A DNA stretch of 64,000 nucleotides from Abditibacterium sp. (GCA_965246885.1 OZ251992.1:2144001-2208000); one strand, 5' to 3'; positions 1 to 10,231 are shown, counted from the first letter of the stretch. The notes: generated by a model from the sequence alone, not told the origin. Translations and numbers: made by a program.

Positions 1-123
1 CGAGGACATGAGTCCAGAAAGCGAGAGTATCTGGGCTTGCAAACATGTGGGCGTTTGTTGTGGAGTTAAGCTCTCCAGACCTCTACCCTCTATTACGTTT
101 ACTTGGCCGCGAGCGCTTAGAGG

Positions 124-1560
124 TTACGCCGTCCGGCCCAGCAAGTTCGCCAGTTCTAAGGGGCCGCGCGCGTCACTTCTGACGGTGGTGTGGAGGCGGG
201 CGCTCAGGGTGTCGAGGGTGATGTCGTCGAGCATTCGGCGCTGTTTGTCTACGGCGTCGGCGGGAAGGAAGAGCATTTCGCCGAGGTCTTGGTTCTTCAG
301 TTGGGCGACGAGTTCCGTGCCCATGATAAGCCCCGCGCAACTCACGTTGCCGCCCCAGTAGGTGTTGCGGATTTGCGCGACGTGGGCGTCGGCGATGTTC
401 TTGGCGCGGAGCACGTCGGCGAGCAGGCGCAGCGACGGGGCGGCGAGGGCACCGGTAGCGAGAGTGATTTTCGGGGCGCGGCCCGCTTTGACGGGGCGCT
501 TGTCGAGCTTCTTTACCTCGTCGGCGAAGGCGCGGATCATGCCGACGCCGTTGGCGTATTGCGGGAAGCCGTCGTAAAAGGCGGCGCGGGGCACTTCTTC
601 GCCAGCGAGGAGGTAGAGTTCGTCGGAGCCATACACGAACTGCACGCCGAAGCGCTTTTTGGCCTCTCGCTGGAACGGCTCCAATTGGCGCAAGGCGCGG
701 CGCGCTTCGTCGGGGGTAGTGGCGCGCAGTCCGCGCGCGGGCGGGAGGAATTTGGTGAGGCCCGCAGGGACGACCGCCATAGATTCGACGCCGGGGAAAC
801 GCGCCATGAGTTCCTCGACGGATTTATCCAACACGTCGCCGTCGTTGACGCCGGGGCAGAGGACAATCTGCGTGTTGACGGTGATGCCGTTGGCAATGAG
901 GTAGTCCAAGCGGTCGAGAATCTCGCCGCCTTTGGCGTTGCCGACCATGAAGCGGCGCACGTCGGGGTCGGTCGCGTGAACCGACACGCACATGGGCGAC
1001 AACTTTTCCTCAATGATGCGCGCGTAGTCGGCGTCCGCGAGGTTCGTGAGCGTGATGTAGTGGCCGTGCAGGAAGGAGAGGCGGAAGTCGTCGTCGCGCA
1101 CATACAGCGTGCGGCGCAGGTTGGCGCCGCCCTTGACGCGCGGCGGGAGTTGATCTACAAAGCAGAACGGGCACTTGTTGGTGCAGCGCGTCACTCCGTC
1201 GAAAAGTTCGGACTGCACGCCGATGCCGATGTTCTCAGAGATGTCTTTTTCGATGTCGAAGCGCGTCAGTTCGCCGCTCGCTTGCAATACCGTCAGGGCG
1301 AGGGTTTCGCCCAAGTCGGCGCGCTTGAGTTGGAGGATGTCGCGGGCGCGCTCGCCGTTGATTTCAAGCAAACGGTCGCCACTTTGCAACCCCAACTCTT
1401 CGGCGATAGAGCCGCCTTCGACGTCGGAAATCTCCACGCCCTGCCGCTTCAAATCGAGCGCGCCGCCCGCCCCGCGCGAGCGGTCGTTGCGCTCCAAGCG
1501 GAACTCTTCGTTCTCCTCGACTTCGTTTTTGTAGATTTTTCCGGACACGGCAGAAGACAT
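124..1560 (-). CDS. PDZ + radical-SAM-like DUF512 domain protein
   Basis: N-terminal PDZ-like segment (VEGGSIAEELGLQSGDRLLEING), CxxxCxxC motif CTNKCPFC, RDDDFRLSFLHG and QIVLCPGVNDG motifs. Start moved to ATG 1560 (MSSAVSG); the ORF track extends to 1689. Confidence 0.85.
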   Translation of the reverse strand: MSSAVSGKIYKNEVEENEEFRLERNDRSRGAGGALDLKRQGVEISDVEGGSIAEELGLQSGDRLLEINGERARDILQLKRADLGETLALTVLQASGELTRFDIEKDISENIGIGVQSELFDGVTRCTNKCPFCFVDQLPPRVKGGANLRRTLYVRDDDFRLSFLHGHYITLTNLADADYARIIEEKLSPMCVSVHATDPDVRRFMVGNAKGGEILDRLDYLIANGITVNTQIVLCPGVNDGDVLDKSVEELMARFPGVESMAVVPAGLTKFLPPARGLRATTPDEARRALRQLEPFQREAKKRFGVQFVYGSDELYLLAGEEVPRAAFYDGFPQYANGVGMIRAFADEVKKLDKRPVKAGRAPKITLATGALAAPSLRLLADVLRAKNIADAHVAQIRNTYWGGNVSCAGLIMGTELVAQLKNQDLGEMLFLPADAVDKQRRMLDDITLDTLSARLHTTVRSDARGPLELANLLGRTA

Positions 1561-1683
1561 AGCGGGGGTATCCCGACGCTTGGAAGAGCAGAAGGCGCCG
1601 ATTTTCTCGCAAATTGCCGCGCACTTTCCGGCACCATCGGAGCGCGGGCGGCGTCCAAGAAGGCGACTTTCGCGGGTTTCCTT

Positions 1684-2463
1684 ATGCAACGCACGTTCTC
1701 CGATGGTGCCAATCGCCTATGGCGCTATTCCTCTAACCCCTTCACCAACACGCTCATCGCAGCGATGGTGATCTTGTTTCTCTGCGAATGGATGCGCTTG
1801 CCCGTTGTAGAGTGGCTCTTTTGCCAGTTGCCGCATGACTGGGTGCAGCCTTGGCGCATTTTCACCGTTACGCTCATTCCGGGAGGCATCATTGGTCTTT
1901 TATTCAGTGGCTTTATGTTGTGGTGGGCCGGTGGTTCACTCGAACGCAGTTGGGGGAGTCGAACTTTCGCCGCTTTCTATAGTGCGTTATGCCTGATCAC
2001 GGCGCTCGCGTTCACTGGCATCTCTTTGTTGTTCGAGAAGGGCATGGTCGTCGTTCCAGTGGGCGTGCTGACAGGAATTTTAGTGACGTGGTGCGTGTTG
2101 AACCCCGATGAAACCGTCTTTGAGTTGGGCACTTTTATCCTTAAGTCGCGCTGGCTCGCCGTCGGGATATGTGTCATTCAATTCTTCTCCTATGGCTGGA
2201 ACAACCCCATTGTCGGCCTGATGTCTTTGGCTGCACCGGGGTTTGGCGTGTGGTGGGTGCGGCAAGGCTGGCAATATGGCTTTGGCACCCTGTTACCCAA
2301 CGTGGCGCGGCACACCATCAAGCGGCCCAACTTGCGCGTTGTGCATCCCAAGGCGCCCAAGCCCAAAGATGACCGCTTTTCTCCCCGCGACCTCAACCCG
2401 TTGGAATGGGTCGCCAAGCGCAAGCGGCGCAAGCAGTTCGAGAGATTGATGAAGGATGACTGA
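1684..2463 (+). CDS. Rhomboid-like intramembrane protein, probably catalytically inactive
   Basis: C-terminal part of the 190..2463 ORF from ATG 1684. About 6 hydrophobic segments, QPWRIFT and LERSWGS rhomboid-type motifs, no GxSG catalytic motif seen, basic C-terminal tail. Confidence 0.7.
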   Translation: MQRTFSDGANRLWRYSSNPFTNTLIAAMVILFLCEWMRLPVVEWLFCQLPHDWVQPWRIFTVTLIPGGIIGLLFSGFMLWWAGGSLERSWGSRTFAAFYSALCLITALAFTGISLLFEKGMVVVPVGVLTGILVTWCVLNPDETVFELGTFILKSRWLAVGICVIQFFSYGWNNPIVGLMSLAAPGFGVWWVRQGWQYGFGTLLPNVARHTIKRPNLRVVHPKAPKPKDDRFSPRDLNPLEWVAKRKRRKQFERLMKDD

Positions 2464-2547
2464 ACCGCCCATCCCCTTTGGCCCGCCTCATGCGCGGGCC
2501 GAAACTATTTTGAGGGATATAGGGGCCTGTAATTCATTGACGGGAGG

Positions 2548-5307
2548 ATGTATACCCCTGACACTACAAGGGTCAGAAGAGTAAGGATCATGCGCGAAAA
2601 GCTTTTCGAGGACGCGAGCGACGTTCACGCGCCGCAGCAACTCGCGCTGTGGCTGTCCGACATTGAAGGTTCCACGCGCCTGCTCGAAGCGCACGGCGAA
2701 GATTACATCGCGGCTTTGCAATCGCATCGCTCGCAGGCCCGGCGCGCGTGTCAAACGCACGGCGGACGCTTGGTCGAAACGCGCGGCGATTCGCTGTTCG
2801 CTGTGTTTCCCGGTGCGTCCGCCGCACTGGCTTGCACGCGGGAATTGCGCGACCATTGGGAAGATGATCCAGTCGGCAATATCGCCCTGCGCGTGCGTTT
2901 TGGTTTGCACTTTGGCGAACTGGTGCCGTTGGAAAGCGGGTTCGCCGGACTCGACTTGCACCTCGCGGCGCGTGTGTGCGACGCGGCGCATGGCGGGCAG
3001 ATTTTGGCGAGTGCCGCGTTTGTGGAAGCCTTGAACGGCGACGGAGCGCCGTTTCGCTCGCTCGGCCAGTTTGCGTTGCGGGGCTTAAACGCGCCCTGCC
3101 ACTTGATGGAACTACCGTCTGAGCGCACTCCGACGTTTCCCCCGCCGCGCACGCTCGATACCCACGCCGGAACGCTGCGCTCGCCCATTGATGCTTTCGT
3201 TGGGCGCCGCCACGAACTGGAGCGCCTTGACGCCCTGCTCCGGGGCGGGACGCGCCTCGTGTCGGTGTGCGGCGCCGGTGGCGTCGGCAAGTCGCGCTTA
3301 GCTTTGCAGTGGGCGCGTGGACAGCGCGGCGAGTTCCCCGATGGCGCTTATTGGGTGGATTTGGCGACCATTGAAGGCACGCCCGATCCAGACGAAGCCG
3401 CGCGCCGCATCGCCCTCGCAGTGCTCGCTGAAATCGGCTTGCCCGACGATTCGGGCGCTCCTGCCGAGCGTGTCGGCGCGTGGCTTCAAGCGTGGCGGGT
3501 GCTGCTCTTGCTGGACAACTGTGAACATCTGCTCGAAGGGGTTCCCGTCGTCGCGGGTTGGCTGGAAGGCGCGCCGGGGCTGTGCGTGGTCGCCACTTCG
3601 CGCGAGACGCTCCACTTGCGCGGCGAAAGCGTGTTGCGCCTCGAACCGCTCGCGCCGCCCACCGACGATTCCCCCGCTGCCCTCGAAACAAGTGACGCCG
3701 CGCGCTTGCTGCTGGGCCGCGTGTCCGAGAACGATGGCGATTGGCATCTTTCTCCCACCGAACTGCCTTTTGTCGCGCGCCTGTGCCGCCGCTTAGATGG
3801 TTTGCCGCTCGCGTTGGAACTTGTCGCCCCCCACTTGCGCGAGTGGGGCGCGACGGCGACCTTGGAAGAACTTGAACGGGGCGGCGCCCTCGCTTTCTCC
3901 GGCCCGCGCGACGCCCACCCGCGCCACCGCACCCTCGCCGAAGTCGTGCGCTGGAGCTATGGCGGTTTGTCTGACGCTGCCAAAGCGACCTTTCGCGCGC
4001 TCGGCACGTTTGCAGGTGGCGCGGCGCGCGAGGCGCTACTCGCCGTTTCCGGCCAGCCACCCGCGACGCTGGGCGCGCTCACCGACCGCTACTTGGCGCA
4101 CGGTGGGCGTGACGGACGTTTGCACTTGCTCGAAACGCTGCGCGAGTTCGCGCTCCATGAAGCGAGCGCCGATGGCGAGGGAGATTGGTGGCGCCGCCGT
4201 CACGCCGAATACTTCGCGGCTTACGTGGAGCGCGAGGATACCGCCGCGCTCGCGCAGGGCAACGACGAAGCCAACTTCCGTCTGGCGCTGGAGTTCTGGC
4301 GTGACCACGACGCACGCCGCATGGCGCGGATGGTCGTGCGCCTCACTTCGATGTGGGAATGGCGCGCGCTGTTCCGCGAAGGCCGCGCTTGGATCGAGAC
4401 TGCTCTGTTCCTTTTACCCGCCGATGACGACTTGCGCTTGCCCCTCCATGCGGCTTTGGGCGAAATGGCGTTCTTGTTGGCCGACTTCTCGACGGTCGAA
4501 AGCGCCGTCAAACTGGTCATGGGCGCCTCGCCCCAAGGCGTCGCGGGCGCAGAGATGCTCGCCACTACCCGACTATCACGTGGCTTTGTGCGCTTGTATC
4601 GGCAGGACTATGAGCACTCCGAGCGCGATTTCCATGCTGCGGCGGCGCTGTTCGATGCCCTTGGCGATGATGCGGGCGTCGCGGCGGCGGTCGGCGCACT
4701 CGGTGTGGTGCGCCTCAACCGGAATAGTGATTTGGAGGGTGCGCTCGACTTGTATCACCGCGCCATCGCGCGTGCCCACGACCATGCCGACACCCTCGCC
4801 ATCAGCACGTTTTACGTGGGCGATGCGCTCGGCCCATGCGCCGGACGCTGGGAGGAAGCGCGCCCCTTTTTCGACCGCGCCCTCGAACTGGCCCGCGCCG
4901 CGCGCCATCCCACTTTTGAAGGCTACGCCCTCTGGGGCTTGGGCGGGACGGAACGCGAAGCGGGGCGCCTCGATTTGGTGCGCGGTTACAACGCCCGCGT
5001 CGCCCGCTTCATTCTCGAATACGGGCACGGTTGGGCCGCGCCCTATTTTATCGAAGCGTGCGCCCACTTGGCCATTGTGGAAGGCGACGCGGAGAACGCC
5101 GCCACTCTTTTGGGCGCTGCCCACGCCATCCGCGAGGCTATCGAAGTGCCGCTCTCGCTCGAATACTGCGCGCTTTACAACAGGATGGAAACGCGCATGG
5201 CCGAACTCGCGGACGCGGCCACCCTCGCCGCCGCCCGCGATCGCGGCGCGGAGTTAGAGTTCACGCACGCGCTCCAACTCGCTGTGAGCGTCGGAACCGA
5301 TCTGTAA
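2548..5307 (+). CDS. Class III adenylate/guanylate cyclase + STAND (NB-ARC-like) ATPase + TPR protein
   Basis: SDIEGST/GDSLF/LAARV cyclase motifs, Walker A GAGGVGKS, Walker B LLLLDNCEHL, GLPLALEL motif, helical TPR-like C-terminus. Start may be 2590. Confidence 0.85.
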   Translation: MYTPDTTRVRRVRIMREKLFEDASDVHAPQQLALWLSDIEGSTRLLEAHGEDYIAALQSHRSQARRACQTHGGRLVETRGDSLFAVFPGASAALACTRELRDHWEDDPVGNIALRVRFGLHFGELVPLESGFAGLDLHLAARVCDAAHGGQILASAAFVEALNGDGAPFRSLGQFALRGLNAPCHLMELPSERTPTFPPPRTLDTHAGTLRSPIDAFVGRRHELERLDALLRGGTRLVSVCGAGGVGKSRLALQWARGQRGEFPDGAYWVDLATIEGTPDPDEAARRIALAVLAEIGLPDDSGAPAERVGAWLQAWRVLLLLDNCEHLLEGVPVVAGWLEGAPGLCVVATSRETLHLRGESVLRLEPLAPPTDDSPAALETSDAARLLLGRVSENDGDWHLSPTELPFVARLCRRLDGLPLALELVAPHLREWGATATLEELERGGALAFSGPRDAHPRHRTLAEVVRWSYGGLSDAAKATFRALGTFAGGAAREALLAVSGQPPATLGALTDRYLAHGGRDGRLHLLETLREFALHEASADGEGDWWRRRHAEYFAAYVEREDTAALAQGNDEANFRLALEFWRDHDARRMARMVVRLTSMWEWRALFREGRAWIETALFLLPADDDLRLPLHAALGEMAFLLADFSTVESAVKLVMGASPQGVAGAEMLATTRLSRGFVRLYRQDYEHSERDFHAAAALFDALGDDAGVAAAVGALGVVRLNRNSDLEGALDLYHRAIARAHDHADTLAISTFYVGDALGPCAGRWEEARPFFDRALELARAARHPTFEGYALWGLGGTEREAGRLDLVRGYNARVARFILEYGHGWAAPYFIEACAHLAIVEGDAENAATLLGAAHAIREAIEVPLSLEYCALYNRMETRMAELADAATLAAARDRGAELEFTHALQLAVSVGTDL

Positions 5308-5318
5308 GCCGCTCCGTC

Positions 5319-6641
5319 CTACAAAGCGGCGCGCCGCGTTGCCGCCGCGTGCGCGGGCAAGTCTTCCAACAGCGCGATGGTCTCCAAGTCCTCCGCCAAC
5401 AGCGACACCGCTCCGCGCGGCGCCGACACGAGCGAGGTGCGCTTCAAAAACGTGTCCACCCCCACGCCCGATGCGAAGCGCGCTGTTCCCCCGGTGGGAA
5501 GCGTATGCGAGGGGCCGATGATGTAATCGCCCAACGGCACGGGCGTGTTTAAAAACAACGCGCCCGCGTTGGGAACAAGCGCCGCCCACTGCCGCGCCTC
5601 GTCGCTCCACACTTCGACGTGTTCAAGCGCCGCATCGCTCGCCAACGCGCACGCTTCCTCCATCGAATCCACTTGGCAGATGAGCGAGTGCTCCAACGCT
5701 TCGAAGGCGAACCGCGCACGGGGGGAGTCGCGCGTTTGTTCAGAGAGTTCCCGCGCGACGGCATCGCACACCGCGTGCGAGGGAGAGACGAACACGACGA
5801 ACGAATCGCCGCCGTGCTCGGCTTGCGCGAGTAAATCCGCCGCTAACTGCGCGGCGTTGCCTGCTTGCGCGGCGTCCGCCACGATGCCGACTTCCGAGGG
5901 GCCATACAACCCGTCCACCCCCACACCCCCAAAGACGTGCTTCTTGGCGAGGGTAAAGTAAATCGAACCCGGCCCGGCGATTTTGTCCACACGCTTGATG
6001 CGCTCCGTGCCATACGCGAAAGCGCCCACCGCCGCCGCGCCGCCCATCTTCCAGATTTCGGCGATGCCCGCGACGTGCGCCGCCGCCAGAATCACCGGAT
6101 GTGCCGCCCCATCCTTTCCGGCGGGCGTAGCCATCACGATTTCGCGCACCCCCGCGACGCGCGCGGGAACTGCGAGCATCAGGACGGTCGAGGGATAGGC
6201 CGCGCGGCCATTGGGCGCGTAAATTCCGGCCCGCGCGACTGGCAAGTAGCGCGCGCCCAGCGTTGCGCCTTCGGGCGAGGTGAACTCGAAGTCGCGCGGC
6301 TTCGCTTGCTCGTGGTACGCCTCGATGTTGCGCGCCGCCCGCTCCAACGCGCGCTTGGCGGCGTCGGGCAACTCACTCCACGCCGTTTCTATCTCGTCGC
6401 TCGTCACGCGCAGACCGTCCAGCGTCAGTGACTCGCAGTCGAAGCGCCGCCCTGATTCGAGCACCGCCGCATCGCCCCGCGCCCGCACATCCTCGCACAG
6501 TTTGCGCACCGCGCTTTCCAGTTCCGGCGCCGCGCCGAATTCGCGCTTTGCTTGCGCTTCGCGCACGGCTCGGAGTGAAGCCGCGAACCCCTCGAATGAT
6601 TGCATGCTCGTAGTTTGGAAGCGCGCCGCCGCGCGCGTCAC
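5319..6641 (-). CDS. hisD: Histidinol dehydrogenase
   Basis: GIYAPNGRAAYPSTVLM, KIAGPG, GPSEV, DLLAQAEH, GDYIIGPSHTLPTGG motifs. GTG 6641 overlaps the upstream stop (GTGA); alternative ATG at 6605. Confidence 0.92.
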   Translation of the reverse strand: MTRAAARFQTTSMQSFEGFAASLRAVREAQAKREFGAAPELESAVRKLCEDVRARGDAAVLESGRRFDCESLTLDGLRVTSDEIETAWSELPDAAKRALERAARNIEAYHEQAKPRDFEFTSPEGATLGARYLPVARAGIYAPNGRAAYPSTVLMLAVPARVAGVREIVMATPAGKDGAAHPVILAAAHVAGIAEIWKMGGAAAVGAFAYGTERIKRVDKIAGPGSIYFTLAKKHVFGGVGVDGLYGPSEVGIVADAAQAGNAAQLAADLLAQAEHGGDSFVVFVSPSHAVCDAVARELSEQTRDSPRARFAFEALEHSLICQVDSMEEACALASDAALEHVEVWSDEARQWAALVPNAGALFLNTPVPLGDYIIGPSHTLPTGGTARFASGVGVDTFLKRTSLVSAPRGAVSLLAEDLETIALLEDLPAHAAATRRAAL

Positions 6642-7657
6642 GTCTCGCGTAGAAGCGCCTCGATTTCTTCCGGCGCCGCCTTGTCGCTCAGCCAGTCGCG
6701 CAGTTGCATCAACGCTTCTATGCGCTCGTGTTGAGTAGGGCGTTCCACCCTCGCCGATACACGCATCTCGGTCTGGCTCCATTGTCGCGCGGCGGTGCAA
6801 TGCCCCACGAAATCAACGTCCAACGACGGCTCGAAATACCGAAGCATCCAAGAACACAGCCGCTCAAATTCGAGGAAAAACGGTGTTCGGCCAGCAGGAT
6901 AACCCCGCTTCAAAGAGAGGCGACAAACCAAATAGACGTAAGCCATAAGCCAATTGTGGGACGTGTCGTTCCACCATGCCAAGCGGCTCTGGCCATACAA
7001 ATGAAGAACCCATCGCCACTCCTCGTAATTCCCGCGTGCCAATGGACGACAAAGGAGGTTGCGCTCCTCGTGCGGCAAATCGTCCCACTTCAGGGCGCGC
7101 GCTGGGTCGCTTTCGGGCTGACGGCGCATGAGAGATACGAAGTGAGCGAGCAAATCGAGCGGCGCCAAGAGCGCCAATTGGTGCGCCTCTTCGCGCGATG
7201 CCCACACGAAGGGACTGCCCATTCGCGGGAAGAACTGCTCATGTCGCCACTCGCCGCCGCCATCTTGAGACAGAAAAAGGCGCCGCTTGCCCTTCTCTGG
7301 AGGCGCTACTTCCAAGTTCTCATCTAAAAAGAAGATTCGGCCCCAACTATGGGCGCACTCGCTCGCCAGCTTCGTCGCGGCATCCGACATCGGCGACAGG
7401 AAACGCGGATCAAACGCTAAAGGCTTCGGCAGACGCGGACTGCGACGCGGCGGCGTCCACGCGCTCACAAAGTTGCCGCGCTCCGGCTCATCAGCCAGAC
7501 AGAAGAAGATGAGTTCACCCAGTTCGGCCTGAGTTTCCAAGCCCATGAATTGCCGCTCGCGCCCTTCCCATTGCGTGCGAAAGGTGAAAGGCTTCGTGTA
7601 AGAAGAAGCGCCCGGCGCCATCTCGTGCGGCGCTAAGATAAGTTGAGGTTCAGCCAT
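6638..7657 (-). CDS. Hypothetical protein (339 aa)
   Basis: Long ORF overlapping both neighbours by a few bases, as in an operon; no family recognised. Confidence 0.65.
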   Translation of the reverse strand: MAEPQLILAPHEMAPGASSYTKPFTFRTQWEGRERQFMGLETQAELGELIFFCLADEPERGNFVSAWTPPRRSPRLPKPLAFDPRFLSPMSDAATKLASECAHSWGRIFFLDENLEVAPPEKGKRRLFLSQDGGGEWRHEQFFPRMGSPFVWASREEAHQLALLAPLDLLAHFVSLMRRQPESDPARALKWDDLPHEERNLLCRPLARGNYEEWRWVLHLYGQSRLAWWNDTSHNWLMAYVYLVCRLSLKRGYPAGRTPFFLEFERLCSWMLRYFEPSLDVDFVGHCTAARQWSQTEMRVSARVERPTQHERIEALMQLRDWLSDKAAPEEIEALLRET

Positions 7658-8318
7658 CGCGGGAGTAGAATGGGAATTGCTTGGCCGTCAGGTTTTGGAC
7701 GTGGCCGTCGGCGAAGAGGCCGTTGAGTAACTCTTGACCTGCGCTCAGGTGCCACAAGTCGCCGTCGAACATCAGGAGGGATTGGGACGGTTCTTCGAGG
7801 TCATCGGCGCGGTTTTGGGCGAAGCCGAACTTGGTGAACACGTAGTACGAGGTGCCGTACTTGCCGAACGACGACGGATGGACATTCTGGAACGCCGAGT
7901 CGTGGAGCGTGGGCAAGCGCGATTGAGTCCAGCCGGTATCGGCAGGGCAGTGGAAGGTTTCGGGCGAGTGGACGTAGGGGCGGAGCAGGACGTGCTGAAA
8001 GGGCGCGTGTTTGGCGAGGTCGAAGAACGCGCCGTTGTAGTTGCCCCAGCCATGACTGGCCCAGATTTGAGGGTTGTAGTGGTCTTCCGGGTCAACGCCG
8101 GGCGGGATTTTGCCGTCGTAGTCGCGCGCATAGAGGGCGTAGGCCCGCGAGATTTGGCTGAGGTTGTCCAAGCACGTCGCCGTTTCGCCGTCCACCCCGC
8201 CCGCGAGCGTGAGGCGCGGCGGCACGGGCCGCGTCAGCCACAACACGCACAAGAAGACACCGCACAGCAGCAGCGGCAACGCCCGCAGTAGCGGCGACTT
8301 GGGCGGCTCGTAACGCAT
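7650..8318 (-). CDS. DUF1559-like / H-X9-DG domain protein without a prepilin cleavage motif
   Basis: N-terminal TM, CLDNLSQISRAYALYARDYD, FHCPAD and NGLFADGHV motifs. Confidence 0.75.
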   Translation of the reverse strand: MRYEPPKSPLLRALPLLLCGVFLCVLWLTRPVPPRLTLAGGVDGETATCLDNLSQISRAYALYARDYDGKIPPGVDPEDHYNPQIWASHGWGNYNGAFFDLAKHAPFQHVLLRPYVHSPETFHCPADTGWTQSRLPTLHDSAFQNVHPSSFGKYGTSYYVFTKFGFAQNRADDLEEPSQSLLMFDGDLWHLSAGQELLNGLFADGHVQNLTAKQFPFYSRDG

Positions 8319-8372
8319 GCTTTAAGTGTGAGCCGCGCCGAAGCGCCCGGTTCCCGCGAAGTGAAGAGACCC

Positions 8373-8948
8373 TTACTTCCAGCGATACATCACGTCGGTG
8401 CGCAGGACATACTTGCGACCAGCGAGGACGGTCGCGCCCTCGTGGAGTTGAGGATGCCAAAAGACGAGCGCTTGGCCGCGCACGGGCTTCACGCAGTGGA
8501 GGCAGTCGCCTTGGTCGTTGAAGAAGTTGGTGTGGCCACCTTCAAACCCGTCGTTGAGATACACCATAAAGGTGAACTGGCTTTGCTCGTCGCTCCCCTC
8601 GCGGTAAAAGGCGCCATCGGCGTGGGTGTGGAAGGTCTGCCCTGCTTCGTAACGGTAGAAGCGGAACCGCTCGTTGAGCGCGAGCACATCCCAGCCCAAC
8701 CACTCGGCGGTTAGAAAGGGCCGGGCGCGCTCGTAAAGCCGCGCGGCCAGTTCCTCATCATCCACGATGACGCGCGTGTTGTTGCGGATGTCTTGGCGCA
8801 TGACGAAGCCGCCGGGTGTGGTGAGTGGCGCGTCCGTGAAGCCGTCGGCCTCGGTTTGCCCGATGAACTCGTCGCACTCGGCGGGCGACAGGAAGTCGTG
8901 AATGAGAAAGAGTTTCTGACCGGCCAAGAGTTCTTTATGCATGTGCAC
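8373..8948 (-). CDS. 2OG-Fe(II) oxygenase, prolyl-4-hydroxylase-like
   Basis: HAD iron-binding motif, YLNDGFEGGHT, HEG, KYVLRTDVMY. Confidence 0.88.
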   Translation of the reverse strand: MHMHKELLAGQKLFLIHDFLSPAECDEFIGQTEADGFTDAPLTTPGGFVMRQDIRNNTRVIVDDEELAARLYERARPFLTAEWLGWDVLALNERFRFYRYEAGQTFHTHADGAFYREGSDEQSQFTFMVYLNDGFEGGHTNFFNDQGDCLHCVKPVRGQALVFWHPQLHEGATVLAGRKYVLRTDVMYRWK

Positions 8949-8956
8949 AGTTTAGA

Positions 8957-10060
8957 TTAAAGCGCCGCCCGCAACCCCGCCGCGACTTCTTCGACTTCCT
9001 CTTCGCGCAATTCGGGGAAGATGGGAAGCGAGAGCACCTCTTCGCACGCGCGTTCGGCGACGGGCAGGAAGCCGGGTTTGTATCCCAAACGCGCGAAGAC
9101 GGGCTGCAAGTGGAGGGGGTGGGGGTAATAAATGGCGTGGCCGATGCCGCGCTCGGCGAGGGTTTGCATCACGCGCTCGCGGCCAACGGAAGCCGGGACG
9201 CGGAGGGTGTATTGGTGATAGACGTGGCACGCGCCGGGGGTTTCGACGGGCAGGGTAAAGGGGGTGCCTTCGAGCAGATGCGCGTAGTGGGCAGCATGAC
9301 GGCGGCGGGCTGCGTTCCACTCGCGGGCATGCGGGAGTTTGACCGTGAGGATAGTCGCTTGAAGCGTGTGCAAGCGCGAGTTGTAGCCGATTTCGTCGTA
9401 GAAGTAGCGGCGGGATTGGCCGTGAACGCGCAATTGGCGGCACTTTTCCGCTACGGCGGTGGAGTCGGTGGAGATGAGACCGCCCTCGCCGCACGCGCCG
9501 AGGTTCTTGGTCGGGAAAAACGAGAACGTGCCCGCATCGGCGAGCGACCCCGCCGCGCGTCCGTCCAAGGTGGCGCCCCACGCTTGCGCGCAATCCTCGA
9601 CGACGAACAAGTCGTGCTTGGCGGCGACCGCGCGCAACGCGTCCATATTACAGGGCAAGCCGAAGAGGTGGACGGGAATGAGGGCGCGCGTGCGCGGCGT
9701 GATGGCGGCTTCGACCGCGCGCGGGCAGATATTGAAAGTGTCGGGTTCAATGTCCACAAAAACCGGGACGGCGCCCAATTCGGCGACGACTTCGGCGGCG
9801 CTGTAAAACGAGAACGGCGTGGTTATCACTTCGTCGCCCGCTTGCAATCCCAAGGCGCGCAGCGATATTTGCAGGGCGTCCGTTCCGTTGGCGACCCCGA
9901 CGGTGTGGGCAACGCCCAACTCGCGCGCACACAATTCCTCGAATGCTTCGACGACCGGCCCCAACACATACCCGCCCGATTCGAGTTGCCTAAGCACGGC
10001 TGGCTCCAGTTCGGGTTTGAGGGTTTGGTATTGGCGGGTTAGGTCGAAAAGCGGAACCAT
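8957..10060 (-). CDS. DegT/DnrJ/EryC1/StrS family PLP aminotransferase
   Basis: NGTDAL, PVHLFG, EDCAQAWGA, SFFPTKNLG (PLP Lys), GYNSRL. Start at ATG 10060; the ORF-track extension runs through tRNA genes. Confidence 0.92.
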   Translation of the reverse strand: MVPLFDLTRQYQTLKPELEPAVLRQLESGGYVLGPVVEAFEELCARELGVAHTVGVANGTDALQISLRALGLQAGDEVITTPFSFYSAAEVVAELGAVPVFVDIEPDTFNICPRAVEAAITPRTRALIPVHLFGLPCNMDALRAVAAKHDLFVVEDCAQAWGATLDGRAAGSLADAGTFSFFPTKNLGACGEGGLISTDSTAVAEKCRQLRVHGQSRRYFYDEIGYNSRLHTLQATILTVKLPHAREWNAARRRHAAHYAHLLEGTPFTLPVETPGACHVYHQYTLRVPASVGRERVMQTLAERGIGHAIYYPHPLHLQPVFARLGYKPGFLPVAERACEEVLSLPIFPELREEEVEEVAAGLRAAL

Positions 10061-10110
10061 TGCGGGGAAGTTTAGAAAGCGCGCGAGGGCCAGAGTAACG
10101 ACGCTTCCCG

Positions 10111-10150
10111 AAAAACAAAAAGCGCGAATGAACGGGAAGTTCATTCGCGC
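10111..10150 (-). terminator. Intrinsic terminator of the minus-strand tRNA operon
   Basis: Hairpin GCGCGAATGAAC/GTTCATTCGCGC followed on the minus strand by TTTTGTTTTT. Confidence 0.8.
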
Positions 10151-10158
10151 CGCGAGAG

Positions 10159-10231
10159 TGCCTGGGGACGGAATCGAACCGCCGACACATGGATTTTCAG
10201 TCCATTGCTCTACCGACTGAGCTACCCAGGC
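10159..10231 (-). tRNA. tRNA-Phe (GAA)
   Basis: Reverse complement GCCTGGGTAGCTCAGTCGGTAGAGCAATGGACTGAAAATCCATGTGTCGGCGGTTCGATTCCGTCCCCAGGCA folds as a cloverleaf with anticodon GAA. Confidence 0.96.

Noticed and set aside
1..123. Short ORF 8..361 and the window-start sequence
   Set aside because: Mostly antisense to the DUF512 gene with no motif; too little context to call anything.
190..1683. Long N-terminal part of the 757-aa + strand ORF
   Set aside because: Antisense shadow of the DUF512 gene in GC-rich DNA; only the part from 1684 looks like a real membrane protein.
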